Below are positions 12,889 to 27,071 of a DNA stretch of 64,000 nucleotides, piece after piece. The stretch is taken from positions 2,837,825-2,901,824 of the forward strand of contig NW_019091361.1 of assembly GCF_001949145.1 (NCBI RefSeq), read 5' to 3'. The notes beneath the pieces are model-generated. The model searched no databases and was not told the DNA's origin. It saw only the letters and a program-made list of their open reading frames with translations. This DNA is from Acanthaster planci (taxonomy: Eukaryota). Made by a program: the position numbers and the translations under genes. Position 1 is the stretch's first letter; each line of letters opens with the position of its first letter.

Positions 12889-14060
12889 TTTGCTATACAT
12901 TCATATATGTGACTAGGTTGTGTTGCAAATTATACTTCTTATTGGCAGGGCCTCTACGAGGGGATTACGTGTTATAAACCTGATTTACCGGTATGACTGT
13001 GGAGGCAGGAAAAAGATACCTCTATTGTTTGACCGCCAAAGACAGAGCATTGTTGCACTGTTTTTGAAATTCACCTCGTTTTTCATTGGGACCCATTTTC
13101 GTCATTTTCCGTGATTTTTTTTTTTACTAGTGCCCAATTTTCACACTTGATTTTTTGTTTGTATTTTTTGTTTGCAATTTGTTTGTATCAGCCCATTTTT
13201 TTTCAAGATTGAGAGCCATTGTCTGAAATGCGGTGCGTTTTTCATTGCGGGTTCAAATTTCCGCGCTGAGTTTGGCAACGGTCAAAAATGAGATGTCCGA
13301 ATATTGGGCATGGTGCACACATACTCGTACACACCCCTGGATATGAGTACGTTTGGGTACGAGTTGGCCTACTGCATTGCACGAATGCGTACAATCACCT
13401 CAAATTGCCCGACTAAAGGCACAAACAAAAACTTTCCGTTCTCATTCATACGGTTTCCTTCTTGTATTATAGGGGCCTACTTTCTCATTAGAGCGTTCAT
13501 GATATTCCTCACCATTCACAAGTGAAGAAATTTCAGGGAAAACCCGGCAAAACTGAAAAAATCCCCCCTAAAATGTTAACACTTCAGCTACTGACTCTGT
13601 TACTTCGGGGGTACGTGACAAAGACGGGCAAAAATGCGGCAGAAAATAAATGTTTAAAGTTTGCAAAGTTAGCAAAAGGGACTTTGAGTGTTTAAATTGT
13701 AATTGGTAGGAAAATGAGGGGCAAACAACTTTATCTGAGGTTGATGTTGATCGATTACTTTTGGGGTCCACCTGCCCGAGTCAAGAGCCATTTTACTGGC
13801 TTCTGGCAGTGTATTGAGTGGGATTCAGTGCGCATGCACACCAACTAAGAGAGGGGCTCGAACATACGTGCTGGAAGGCCACAAAGCTTCCAAGAGGCCT
13901 GACAGCCTTTACAGAGGTCGCTTATGGGTCACAGGCATATCACAGGCCATGGGCAGCTAGTCAGCCGTTGTGTAAACAATCCTTGATGTCTGCTATCTGG
14001 TAGATATTTGCAAACATTCCTATGGGAATTGGCCAGACTCTGGCTGGAACATTTTTTTGG

Positions 14061-15199
14061 CTATTGGCCAGCCAAGAGCCTGAAAAAAGAACTTAAATGG
14101 CATTTTTTGCTCAAAGCTGGCAACTATGCTAGAAAGTATCACTAAAGTCTAAGATTTTAGAACGCCCCGTTCCCAAAATTGCACTTGACCTTGAAGGTCA
14201 AAAGTTAAGGTCAAATGAGGTCAAATCTTAGGGTGCCCCCAACATGATCTATATTTTGAAATAAGGTGAAGTTTGTCTCAAAGTTATGCTAAATAACCAA
14301 ATTACAGAGGTTTGATTTGAAAAATGATAGTGAAATATAAAAGAATACATGAAAAGATTGCAAATTACTCCTTAACGCACGGCCCTGCGCAAAACATGTG
14401 TGAACACCAATGTTAACTTGCTTATTTATTTTCAAAGGTAACAGTCACACAAAATGTATTAGTACAATCTAAAGTATAAGATTCACCGAGTTGCCACAAT
14501 GATCTTTGACCTTGAAGAACAAATATACTGAGGATCAAATGAGGTCAATTTTACATTTCTTATGTCGTTCTACTTATATTTTAACAAGAAGCCACATTTC
14601 AATACAATATAGGCTCGTCAAAGAGATATTTCAGTTTTCTCCATTACCAATTGTATATGTATTGTGAAGTGTTTTGTGTACTATGATCGCTAAAGACTAG
14701 GCTATCCCCATAACTTTTATTACTGTGTGTATTTTCGCCACTAGGGATGTATCTAATATGTCACACATTTTTAATTAGCATAAATTTCTCACTGGGTGAA
14801 GGGTGCGGAAAATCTATCACAGAGCTGTTCAGGGACACATCTGGACTCATGAAGCTTTAATTGTGCAGGATTCTGTTTGCGGCATGCATCGGAACTATCC
14901 ATTGTCCCACTTAGTTTGGTAAATACAAAGAAGAAAATAATTTGGTTATTTGCCAGAATTTTGAGACCAGTTTCACGTTATACAAGAATATAGACCGAGC
15001 TGGAGACCCCTGAAATTTGATCTCATCTGACCTTTTGACCTCGATTTTTAATCTTCAAGATCAAGTGTCATTTTTGCACCCGGATGTTTCTGGAACTTTA
15101 GACCATAGTAATAATTTCTAGCATGGTTGCCAGCTTTAAACAAAACACGCCATCTAAAATTTTTTTAGCCGTATTTTAAGCCGATGGCCGGCCGACTAT
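14061..15199. mobile_element. Non-autonomous DNA transposon with imperfect TIRs of about 250 bp (foldback-like)
   Basis: 14066-14304 is an imperfect reverse complement of 14937-15195 (e.g. AAAGCTGGCAACTATGCTAGAAA versus TTTCTAGCATGGTTGCCAGCTTT; AAATAACCAAATTA versus TAATTTGGTTATTT). Confidence 0.7.
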
Positions 15200-16054
15200 G
15201 AGAGGAAGCCCCCACGTTTACAGCAACTAAACAAGGCTATTCAGCATGAGCAGAGGTGGGAATAGATAAGAGGTCATTGCAGTTGGCCGTAAATCTTACT
15301 GCCAACAGTATGAATTTAAAGCTTTGTCTATAAAAAGAAGTCAATAAATGGGGTACAATTGTTACCTGTACATGTTGTGTTCATACCTATAAAAGGTTGT
15401 GAGGCCACAACATTATACGGTGTCAAGCTGTTATATTTAATGAGAAAACATCGTGTAATTTTACAGTATTTCTTCAAGTGTACCCACCATATCAATTTCC
15501 AGTCAACGATACAGAAACGGGGGTCAAATTCGTAGTGCTCAAGCTAGCTGATCGATATAACATGCTGTGACTGTACTGTTTGCCACACGCCACTGAACTC
15601 AGACAGATGGCTCGAAGAGGACCCTTCCAGCAGGCGTAATTTTTTTCCTAGTAAGGTTGGGGTGATTACTATATACGGGCGTGGTTAACCTCAAGCTCGA
15701 TCAGGTTAGTGGACACTTGTCCACTGCTAAGGTAAATGTCGGGCTCTACTTTATATTATAAAAATTAATTTCCCAACAAGAAAAAAACCTACATGTAGAC
15801 TCAAACCCTCGGCTCTTGTACCAGAGCTACCATGCAAGTCAGAAAGGCAGTTTTGTTGTGTCTTATACTTAAAAGTTCGTGTACCCAATTTATGATCATA
15901 TTTGTTAATATATACGCCCATTTTATTATGATTACCCCCAACACTATTTAGAAAAAATACGTTCCAGCAGGCACCTAGCCTATTTATTCTTCAGGTCCAT
16001 TTTGTGTGTCTCAATCCAGCTCCCGAATCTCCTGTCCGCCGCTCAGATACAACT

Positions 16055-19000
16055 ATGATGTCCTCAGCCAGATCGCCATTCATTCCTTTCATCAGCTCGC
16101 GAGAGGTGGACAATGTCCTTAAGTATGAGGACCTGATTCCAGTGATAGAGCACGCCTTGGCAGATTTCTCTAGAGGCAAGGAAGGGGGCGTGGTACAGCC
16201 ACTACGTACAGTGTGTCCTGTAGAAGACCGCAACGGGTAGGTTGGGGTCGGCGCTATACGTGGTATAGACTTATTTAATGAGATTTGTCTGATCAAGTTT
16301 TGCTCATGAAATGAAATTCAAATTCAATGAATTGGGAAAGTTGGGTTGCTTTGTTTCATCTCGGAATAGATTTTGGGACTCTAGGGGCGGCGCTGTTCGG
16401 CTGACGTTTTCCTTCGGAAGTTTCCAATGGAGCTTGCAATGGTTATGGCAGAACTGTTTCTTTGCGGTGTTTGGATAGCGGCCAGAACAAACAAAACCGT
16501 GGTACTGTGCACCTTGAGTTTTCACGATCAAGGGTTTAGCAAAAATCGAAAACATAAAGAAAAACACCAAAAAATTCCTGAAAAGATAGAAAAGGCCACG
16601 TGGCTGCACCACTCGTGCATGTTGTCTCCGGTCCAGTCGCTTTGCAGTTACACAAATCCCAGAGACGAAGGCCTTGACGGAAGGCTATGAAACGTGTTGA
16701 TGCGCAATGCAGCTCCAAAATGTTATAAAGTTAGCATCAAGTCTGGATAATGCCCCTCTTTACTCCAACATTTTTTGTGTTCATGCGGAAGATGGCGAAA
16801 AAAAATCATAAGTGGATTGCATCGTTAACTGCAGGCTCTGTTAGTCCTGCGAACATACTAAATATAGGAAATCTTTCTTTAGTTTGTCTGAAAGAGGCGG
16901 GGATCACTTTGCAAAACCAGCAACGATGTGTGAGCTAATTAAGAACTGAATAAAGAACCTGAAGTTAACTAACCTTTCTCGGCCTTTACTGTGTTGTGCC
17001 GCCCTTGTTAACTTGTATCAGCAGACGGAATTGTCTGCCTTTTCCTCCTTTGCTACATAGGAGATTCTTCACCATGCCTTGCTACAGCAAGAACATGGGC
17101 ATCATAGCCTGCAAGCTTATGACCAGTGCCCCGTGGCCGTCAGAGGATGATGCACCGCGTGTCAAGATCATCACAGCACTGTTTGGCGCCCACAACGGAT
17201 CCCTGCAGGCGGTAAAAAGACGTTAGGTTTTTAGTCTTAAAAATACAATGTCGCGTTGTGAGCCTATAATTATAAAACCCGCTTCGAGCAGAAGCACGCC
17301 CACATCGGTTGAAAGGAGCCATTTTGGTCGGGAGTGTTCATTTTGTTAGTAGATATGTCATCGTAACGCATACATTTCATAGTCGTTCATAAACTAGCGA
17401 AGCTCATTTCCGACCAGAAAATGTTGGAATGAAGCAGCCTTTCCTTCCGTTCATTTTGATATCTCACTAGTTACAATGCAAAACGACAGATCCGTGGTTG
17501 GTCTTAGCCATGTACCCATACAATTATGAATGCATGATGCAAATGTTGACTAACTTTGACACAAATTGGTCATTAAGCCAGTTTACCTTGGACAGGTTGT
17601 AATTTAAAAGTTAAATTCCGCCCTTGGAAGGTTTCATACCTCTGCGGCTTACAAGCATCATGAACAGGNNNNNNNNNNTTGAAGAAAATGTCGGTTCAGT
17701 CTCACTTGATTATTTTCTGTTGGATTCTAAAAATTAAATGGTGCACCGGGGAGGATCTAGCTTTCAGGAAACGGGGGGGGGTCATGATAATGGGCTAAAG
17801 TGGTCAAAAAGCATCATGCACCGTTCCCCGATGGAAAGGAAACTTTAGTATGGATGGATAGATGGAAGGTGCAATCCTCGTTCAGGATTTTTTTGGTACT
17901 CATTTTCTGTCATATCACTGGTAGTTCCACTTAGCCCGCTGTTGAACGGGGGGGGGGGGCGTGTTGCAACCCCCAACCCCATCTAGATCCACCTCTGCTG
18001 GCTCTCCCCCCAAAAGGACTACTTTATGTTTGGGATGCGTACATACTGACTGAGCTGAATTTTCTTAACTAACATATAGGAAACGACTGAAGATGGTTTT
18101 GATCTGTAATGCATCCCGTGTCTTCACATTTTACGCCAATCAAAAAACAATAAATGTGGTTTGCATCTCTACGAGCGTTTCACAATAGTGCGCCTCCAAG
18201 AGTTTGCCACGCGTTGACCAATCAGTGTGTGCGAAATTTGTCGACCCATTGGTCACTGACACTGCTTGCTACACTCACTGCGTGCACCAGAGTGCACCAC
18301 ACCCAAATACCCACCACTGTTAAAATTAATAATAAGACCTTACAGTTAAATACCAAACAGGTATAGGTCTACTATAGCACTTTAAAACAGGTCCCCGAAT
18401 GACATATTGCCTGGAAGTTTCTTCTGCTCATAGTGCTGTTACTGCTCATCCTCAGTGTTTCCCTGTTCGAATAGACTAATTTTGAAAGGTCGTTTAATTT
18501 CCAAGCCAAGGTTTTTTTTTAGCCTTGTTTCATTCAAGGGAACAACGCTCATTTTCAACACGGTATTGAGGCGTCGATTTGTGTTATGGTGCAAAATGGA
18601 ACCTACGGTGTATAACTTGATCAACACAAAAGATCCTGTTTTAATTCTTAGAATCCAACAGAAAATGTTGGAATGAAGCAGTCTTTCCTTCCGCTCATTT
18701 TGATATCTCACGAGTTACAATGCAAAACGACAGATCCGTGGTTGGTCTTAGCCATGTACCCATACAATTATGAATGCATGATGGAAATTTTGACTAACTT
18801 TGGCATAAATTGGTCATTAAGCCAGTTTGCCTTGGACAGGTTGTAATTTAAAAGCAAAATTCCGTCCACGGAAGGTTTCATACCTCTCAGCGGCTTACAA
18901 GCATCATGAACAGANCTGAAGGAAATGTCGGTTCAGTCTCACTTGATTATTTTCTGTTGGATTCTAAAAATTAAATGGTGCACCGGGGAGGAACTAGCTT

Positions 19001-22000
19001 TCAGGAAACGGGGGGGGGGGGATGATGGGCGTACTGAAAGAATGTCCTGCTAAGGCGGTCAAAAAGCATCATGCACCATTCCCCGATGGAAAGGAAACTT
19101 AAGTATGGATGGATAGATGGAAGGTGCAATCCTCGTTCAGGATTTTTTTGGCACTCATTTTCTGTCATATCACTGGTAGTTCCACTTAGCCCGCTGTTGA
19201 ACGGGGATGGGGGGCGTGTTGCAACCCCAAACCCCCTCTAGATCCACCTCTGCTGGCTCTCCCCCCAAAAGGACTACTTTATGTTTGGTGTGCGTACATA
19301 CTGACTGAGCTGAATTTTCTTAACTAACATATAGGAAACGACTGAAGATGGTTTTGATCTGTGATGCATCCCGTGTCTTCACATTTTTCCCAAATCAAAA
19401 AACAATAAATGTGGTTTGTATCTCTACGACCGTTTCACAATAGTGCGCCTCCAAGAGCTTGCCACGCGTTGACCAATCATTGTGTGCGAAATCTGTCGAC
19501 CCATTGCAGGTTTGGAAAGGGTCGACAAATTTTGCGCTCTGTGATTGGTCAACGCGTTGCAAACTCTTGGGGGCGCACTATTGTGAATCTCCTGTATTTG
19601 TCTGATTCAATATCATGAACTACTGTAGCCTGGTTTCCATATGGTCGTTTGTAAAGACGCCTTTCTATATGCGCGTCAACGCGCCAGGCGTCAGGGTGTC
19701 CGTCAAAATCACTCCCGGAGCGATTTTGACGGCCCAACGCAACGCACACGTATGTTAACGGGATAGAGCGCATCGTGTACAGTACGCAACGCACCCTAAA
19801 AACGTACATATGGATGGGCACCTTAATGACACAGACGGCCAATCAAGACGTGAAGACGCAGCGCGAACAGAGGAGACGGTGCATGACGTCATTCCACCCA
19901 AAAATTGAAACAAAATGGCGTCCGAATATCCCTGATTCCTTTTTTCCGGAACATACCCGTTTCGATTGACTGTACCGCCTCATGATGCCAAACCTCTACT
20001 CAACTTTCATGCATTTCAGTTTCATGCATTTCATTGATGGTCAGCTATGTAGTTGATCATAAGGTTGTAATATTAACAGAGAATGGGCAAAATGGGGAGA
20101 AAATGGGCGCAATTCATGGAACTCGTTGCACGCAGGCCATGCCAGCGTGCGTGTTCGTATTGGGGATACTAGGGCTACTCGACGTAGACAGTCGAGCCAG
20201 GCTCAACTTTGCCGATCGTTCGCGGGCTGGTTTGCGTTTGTCTGCGTTGTCGGCGACACCTCCGTTTGGTATGTTTCCATATGTCCGCGTTGCAATTTGC
20301 GTCTTTATTGCATTGCTCTCTGTTTTTCTTACGTCGATATGGGAAAACAAGCTTAAAAGACGTGAATAAAAATGAAAATAAACCATTTTTATTTTCCCCG
20401 CGCTTGTTGGAAAATGGAAAATATCGTTGCAAATACGATTGCAATAGCCTCCAAAGATACACCGTTAAGTACATTATTCAGTTAATCAAATCGTAAAAAT
20501 TGAGGTGAATGCTATTAGTTTCTAATCTAAGCGTGAGATTTAGTGCTCTGTAAAAAGACTCTGCAATCGTGATTTCTCCTATGCATGCGCACGAAATTGC
20601 CCTATCTAAGCCGGTCTCCTTTCGTGCTGTTTCATAGCAAAAACGATTTAATTGGATTTTCTGAAGAAACACTGAACAAAGCCGGAAAACCTGAGAGAAC
20701 ATGATCAAAATCGCACCCCTTCACGTTTTCAATGGCCCGCTCACACTTCTTACCACCAAGGCCATTTTGTGCCCTTGCGTGCATAATTTTATGAATATAT
20801 TAGAGAAAAATGTTATTGCAACCAAGAACACAGACCTCATTAGAATTAATCTGGACCTATAATGACATTAATCAGTAAACAGTGGTAATTGAAGTCACCA
20901 TCGGCCATCTTACAAACTGAGTTCCGAATACAAACGTAATCCCAAGGCTTGCTTATCAAATTGTTTATCAAATTCGGTCGTGGCATCAAGAGTTACTATG
21001 GCAAGCGAGCCAACCATCGCCTTTGTATTCGACACCGTAAAATGGCTGTCAGTGAATCATGGCTCCGATTGGTAATAAGGCATCGCAAGTCAAGTTTTTT
21101 TTAATATGACGTCCAAGGCCAAGACTAATATCAAACTGGAAGTGAGGATACCCCCCCCCCGAGAATATATTGGGTGCGTGTGAAGGGGAGCCTTGCATGC
21201 CTTTTGATGTTAACCAGGTATTGAAAATAAGTATATTCGAAATTACACATTTCAGATCGTAGATTCTGAGACGCTTACAAGTATGCGGACTGCAGCTTCC
21301 TCTGCGGTAGCTACAAAGGTAACTATGTCAAGCATGTTATGGTTCCAGCTTTTTAAAAAAATTAATTGCTCTCTGTCGATTGAAATAACAGGATTGGCCA
21401 CTGTGCCAAATTCTAAAACATTCGGATAAAACTTCTGTTTAGAGTCCTTATTTTTTCCCGGTGATTTTTGGTTGATTGTGTACAGTACCTAGCGCCGACA
21501 GGCAGCCGAATATTGACCATTTTGGGAGCAGGTTTGGTCGCTGGAGCTCACTTGGAAGCGCTTGCACAGGTCATCCAATTTTCGGAAGTAAGTAAATGAA
21601 CCTTAATTCAGTCGTATTGAAGCCACATACCATCCTGGATGCATCCTGTCGGGCTATAAAACACACTCCCTGTGAAAATTAATGATACCATTTGTAATAA
21701 TAAAAATGATTGTTCGCATTTGCATGATTTTCAAGGGAAGGAATTCGAGAGACAAATTTTGCCTTCTGAAAATTGCGCAGTAGGAACGCTTGTCGCTAAT
21801 CTTGTGCCCATTTCCTTCGACACAAACAAACGTCTATGTGTTCGTTGCTTTGAGGTCTTTGTTGATCGAATGGGCTAAAAAAAATTGGCATTGTTTTATT
21901 TATTGACTTTTAAATGTTTTCTGTTATGTGTTGAAGTTAGAAAATAGGAACTTGCAAACCACAGTGCCCGCGGCTGGTGGGGCCGGTACGCTTAGCTGGT

Positions 22001-24926
22001 TAACTGGGCTCGGACCCGAGACTACTTCGCATACAGCTTGTGCACTTACGTGTACGTGATATGATCTGAAGAAACTCCAAAGTGCTACAAGCTAGTGTAA
22101 GACACGGTTGCATAAAAGAGGCCTTAGACTGCGCCAATACTTATCTGTAAAGAAGAAATTGCTGGCTAAAAAATAAGGACGATTGCAAGGGGAAGACGTC
22201 AAAATGAAGTGTCTATGGCGCCTGTCCAATGTTTGTAGTCAGTGGGGCGTAATTATTTGACGGCTTATATTTACTGCCGGAAAAAAACGCATTCGCAAGA
22301 TTTAAAATGGCTGCCGCGTCAGATGTGAACACACTTGGTTTATCATCATTGCTCCTTATATATTAAACGTCAGGTTGGTTTGGTTTCAGCCAGATCATTG
22401 AAATATGTGAGTACTGAACAATCTAAAACATGGATTTGTTGGCAATTCTAGGGCGTTGCGAACATTTTATTATATCATTTGGGACTTTCGTCTGCATGCT
22501 TTTGTTTTATATTCTGGTTTTTATTGTCGTGAAGGAAGGCCTTGTTTCCTCTGATAACAGCGGGGTTTTTGCAGTGTATAACGAATGTCTTTTTAAAAAG
22601 GCCTTTATGCAGCCAGAGCGCCAAATCAAGGTTGTTGGCCTACTTTTGCGTTAATAAAGTTAGTCTAAGGCATAGCTGAAACGATGACTGTTAGAAGGTT
22701 GTTATTACAATGCTCATCATATCTAAGTTTTACCCCTATGGTTTGTCAGATTCGTGTTTGGACTCGAACCTTTTCAAAAGCCGTCACGTTCGCCGAGAAG
22801 TTCGGTTGTGCGGCCTTCGAGACGGCAGAAGAGGCGGTTAACAATGCGGACGTCATCGTAACTGTCACGCGCAGTCACACGCCTGTTCTAATGAGCGATT
22901 GGGTCAAAGACGGAGCTCATGTCAATTGTAAGTGTTTCAGCATCCCCATAATAAGAAGCACTTGATCGTCTGTGTCAGGAATGTGTCAATACGATGTTCA
23001 CTACAAGCTTCCATAAACAGCTTTTGATTTCAAATTCTTAGACCAGTTAACCCTAATTTTAATCAACTTTGCAATCTAAAACAGGTCAAAGTATTTCGGT
23101 GTATGCCTAGTTACATTTGTATATCTTTTCATCTCGAACTGACCCTCTCTGTGTGAGGATAGGAATAACCAGGGGAGGGGTATTGAGATACCAAGGGTTG
23201 AATGTATGAACTGGTCCGCCCCACACTTGACACATGTGTCACTCTATATTGGTCACTTTTTTCTCATTCAGCTTCAAACATTTAATTAAGTTTAAGTGTT
23301 CACTGATCTTCACCCATGCTTTGTCTGGCTGTTGTCTTACACCTTGATATTGGGACCTTGAAGTGAACAAACCTGATATTGTGCTGTGCTTCAAAAATTA
23401 AATTTATCAGAAATGAAATGATGCCAACTACAGTAATACTGATGATTTTTTCTTAAACGGCAAAAAAGATTGTATACCTGCCCAAGACCCGTGCCGCAGG
23501 CTGAAGATGACAAATCTCCTTGGCATGGGCCCTGAACATGGAAAACACACTAAGACCATTTTTATGTCTAAGAATCATCGAAACTTCCATTCTCGGCCTC
23601 GTAGGCGTTGGCGCTATCACACCTGTTCAACAAGAACTTGATCCCGTTTTGATTCGCCGTGCTGTCATCTACGTTGACAGCGTCCAAAGTGCATCTACTG
23701 AATCTGGGGACATTGTCAAATCTGAGGTAAGTCAGTCAATAGTCATGGTCACAGTCGTGACTACAACGACAAGAGACTTCTGGCCGTATCAATGTGGACC
23801 AACTGAACAGTAATAGATTCATAACAAGCACGGCCGCGCAACATGAACAAGTTCATTCTAAAAACTGGAGATTTTGTTGAACTTGGGAAATTGCTGCAGT
23901 AGATAATGGAAACATTACATCTGGCGGAGCAGATTACATCTATATACCACAGAATGTATACCGAAAATTCTCATATAGACAAATCCGAGGAGACGCCATT
24001 CCTGCGGGGCCATCGCACTCACACACCTTCTTAATTTGAGCGCGCGTGCGCACTTTGGAAAGTCACGATACCCAGTTGGTCAGAGAGAAATGTAACGCTC
24101 GCGTACCACCTGCATGCCAATAGGATGGCCCCGCTGTCATGGCTTCTAATTCCTCTCACCGAATTTGTCTATATGTTTAGGATTTTTTGTGGTCAACAGG
24201 TAGCAACTGAGAAACAAATATTAAAAATCAAGATGCCACCTGTGGTGTCTGGGAGAATATTTTCGTTTTAGCCATGTTGACGTCTGGAGGACTCTAAACG
24301 GTATTTCCAATTTAAGAGACACCGGCAATTATATTGCAGTTTTATTAGTGGCCATGCACAAACAAACCCTATTCTCCATACTCAAAACTGAGGGAGGATA
24401 TTATGTACTCCATACTGGCTCTTATGTTTGAACCCTATTTTAATAGATATGCCTATTCTGTTTTTCCAACAGGCAAACATTTTTGGAGAAATTGGTGAAG
24501 TCGCTCTGGGGAAACTCCCAGCTAGGAAGAATGAAACGACAGTGTTCAAGTCTTTGGGTACAAAGTTCTACAGTTTTATATCCGAATTCAGTTGTTTGAC
24601 CTTGCCGATCTCGATGGAATGGTTGAAAGCTAGGATTGCACTTTTCAAGTAGGAGAACAAAAAGAGACAGATGAATGCCTCTCATCAGTCTGTGACACCA
24701 ACAATTGCAAAGCGTTACAAGTTCGCTTCGTAAAAAGTCCCACCTCTGACAACATTGTATCTAACGCAGATAAATGTGTATTGATCATTTAAAAGGGACA
24801 TCAAAAACTTAAAATCCTCTTTCAAACAGCTCTCTTGCACTTTTTTTCTCAGGGTTGGCCATAGAGGATGCTGCGGCTTCCAAACTCGTGTATGACAAAT
24901 ACTACAAGCCAGCAGGCGGGAACTAG
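16055..24926 (+). CDS. CRYM: Mu-crystallin / ketimine reductase-like (ornithine cyclodeaminase/mu-crystallin family), 8 exons, about 318 aa
   Basis: Exons 16055-16236, 17061(or 17064)-17211, 21256-21318, 21486-21587, 22750-22927, 23605-23726, 24473-24557, 24853-24926; all GT-AG with consistent phases. Motifs GGVVQPLR, TMPCYS, CKL, LTSMRTAASSAVATKYL, ILGAG (NADP Rossmann), ADVIVTVT, WVKDGAHVNCVGA, ELD, YVDS, ESGD, TTVFKSLGLAIEDAAASKLVYD. Confidence 0.95.
17415..19506. repeat. Tandem duplication of about 840 bp (17415-18251 and 18659-19506) in CRYM intron 2
   Basis: Near-identical copies from CAGAAAATGTTGGAATGAAGCAG to TGTCGACCCATTG; both carry N bases at the same relative position (17669-17678 and 18915). 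Confidence 0.9.
19433..19588. mobile_element. Palindromic (hairpin) MITE
   Basis: TTCACAATAGTGCGCCTCCAAGAG...GTCGACCC is mirrored by GGGTCGAC...CTCTTGGGGGCGCACTATTGTGAA. Only the left arm is present in the first duplicate copy (about 18178-18251). Confidence 0.7.
19655..19822 (+). mobile_element. MITE (Harbinger-like), copy 2 of 3, internally deleted
   Basis: Homologous to 4659-4868 (ATATGCGCGTCAAC, GCGATTTTGACGGCC, CGCAACGCA, GCATCGTGTAC); ends GGGCACC-TTAA. Confidence 0.65.
23972..24175. mobile_element. MITE with inverted termini in CRYM intron 6
   Basis: CATATAGACAAATCCG ... CGAATTTGTCTATATG termini plus internal GCGGGGCCATC / GATGGCCCCGC inverted match. Confidence 0.6.
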
Positions 24927-25282
24927 ACGCACCGGAATATGTCCAGCTCGTAGTTCTTGAATAGCTGTGTTTGATAGACTGGCACATTTTGCTCTGAGCT
25001 TCAGCTTAAGAGAACTAAACTCAGTATGTGAATAATGTGACCACAGCTTGAGAACTTGGTAGATAGAAGGCACGGTTTGGTGTTCTCCTCCCCTAATTTG
25101 AAGTGTAAAATAATTTCAAGATCAACATTAATGTCGGTTTGAAAGTTGTGCCGGGAATATATAAAATGAGATGATAGGTTTGCACTTCACCAGCGAAGTT
25201 CATTCAGCACTGGTTATTTTCTTTTTTTTTCTGGGAGTTTGTGGGTAAATTGCTAGCTTAGGGGAGGGGGGTTGAATCAATC

Positions 25283-25445
25283 AGCCGGAATTTGCTTACT
25301 GGTTGAATGGTTAAAGCGTCTGCACTAGTAAGCAAGAAGTCGTGTAAGTATGAGTCCCGACTGAGCAGTCTTGTGATTTCTCCAACAAGCTCCTGGGAAA
25401 ACACTGGTAACATCGTTCTTAATAAATTACAGTATAAATATCCAA
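25283..25445 (+). mobile_element. Degenerate tRNA-derived SINE (related to 51620-51780)
   Basis: tRNA-like head TGGTTGAATGGTTAAAGCGTCTGCACTAGTAAGCAAGAAGTCGTG...GAGTCCC followed by a GTGATTT...CAAG body similar to the reverse complement of 51620-51780. Confidence 0.55.
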
Positions 25446-27071
25446 ACAGTCATTTCAGGGCAACACAATCAGAATTGTGGTCATCAGTATTGCCCTTTTT
25501 GGATATGCTTTCCTTTCATATAAACCTTTCCTTGCTTTCATTATGTATCGTCGATTGCATCTTTATTGTGGAGGTGTTTATGTGATATACTGTGTAGTTG
25601 ATTTTCGAGTATGTTATATCTAACGAGATTTTTGTTTCATGTACTCTTGAATGCATTGGGTTATGTTTTCAGATGATTTCTTTATTGTGAAATAGAGGTT
25701 CCTCTACAGTAGCCGCCGTGCTGTCGTACTAGGAAAGAAAATACGAATTGTATTTTGGTTTTAAAGGTGCCATGAAAACCCTTCAAATCAAGATTTCTTG
25801 AGGAAAGACGCCAGTCTTGTTCGACAAGCAACATTTCCTCTGTAAAACAAGAATTTTTTAAAGAGAAGCGCATTTTGCTTTGGTATTGTGAAACGCAGAT
25901 TAGGGTTAGCGTTGAGCGGTCTTCTCGTCGGTTGTTGTCCTGATGTAGGCTATATGTTCCACGTTTGAAATAATTTTTGCGCAGCTGTTAGTCTTATCCA
26001 TGAAATTTTGTTTTTGACTTTTTCCATTAGGTACCCAACCCGAACGATATTAAATTTGCTTTACTTCCCATTTACTCTGTCTGTTCAATAAGCCGATAAT
26101 GACTGTACTATTCACCTTGATATGTGTGTGTCCAGCTCTGAATTTGATCAATTACACATCAAACCATTTCACCTATCCATTCTTTAGTGTCATTTAACAC
26201 ACTTGGGGGAAGTTGTAGTATGGGAATGGTGCATATCAATGTAACGACCTGTTTTTCATTGCACTATGAGCCCCAAAGTTTCATTAATAAGTTATCAGAA
26301 AAAATGAATGATCTTTATTATTGTTTCATGTCACATAAACTACATTCTGCACTAATTACAGTTTCGATGTTATTGTATAAATCTTTTCACTGATGTTTGG
26401 AATTGAGTTTTGGTTCTTTTACTCAAAAGCTGTGTTTTTTTACGCGTGGATTCCATCCATTCCGTCATTGGCCACATATGAAAACAGATTTATCGAAACT
26501 TGTAAACTCCCGTGCTCTGTTAATCAGCAAGCTCAAACCAAATCGGAATTACGGATTTGTTTCTCTGACTATATTTCAGTGAATTCGCACATACAGCGTC
26601 GGAAATTTGACAGCCCGCAAGAATGGATCAAACGAACGTTAGCAAGACATCAGTCCACAGACTTGGCCCAATTTGGCGCTTCTAAGCACAAAAAATTACG
26701 TTAAAAGAGGAAAGTCTGCGTATTTCACTGAGACCGTAAGCTAAGCACAGTAAAAGGCACGCTAACCTCCAAAGAAACATTTTCTTACTTAAACGTGGTG
26801 ATATAATAATGGAAATCTCCGCGCGCACTTTCGCGGTTTTTGTGCTAAAGCATAGCAACTGTGAAATATTCACTGTGAAGTACATGTATGCGCACTGTTA
26901 AGAAAATGTTTATGTTATGGTAGGCCCTAAGCAAAAAAGTTGCTAAACGGTAAGCAGCGTCTAGAAAATGGGCACAGTGAATGATTAGTGACGATATCAC
27001 AAAAATGGGAAGCGGAAGGACAGTCGGAAACTTTCACAGATTTCCATAGCCCCCGTTGGGAACATTCCTAA

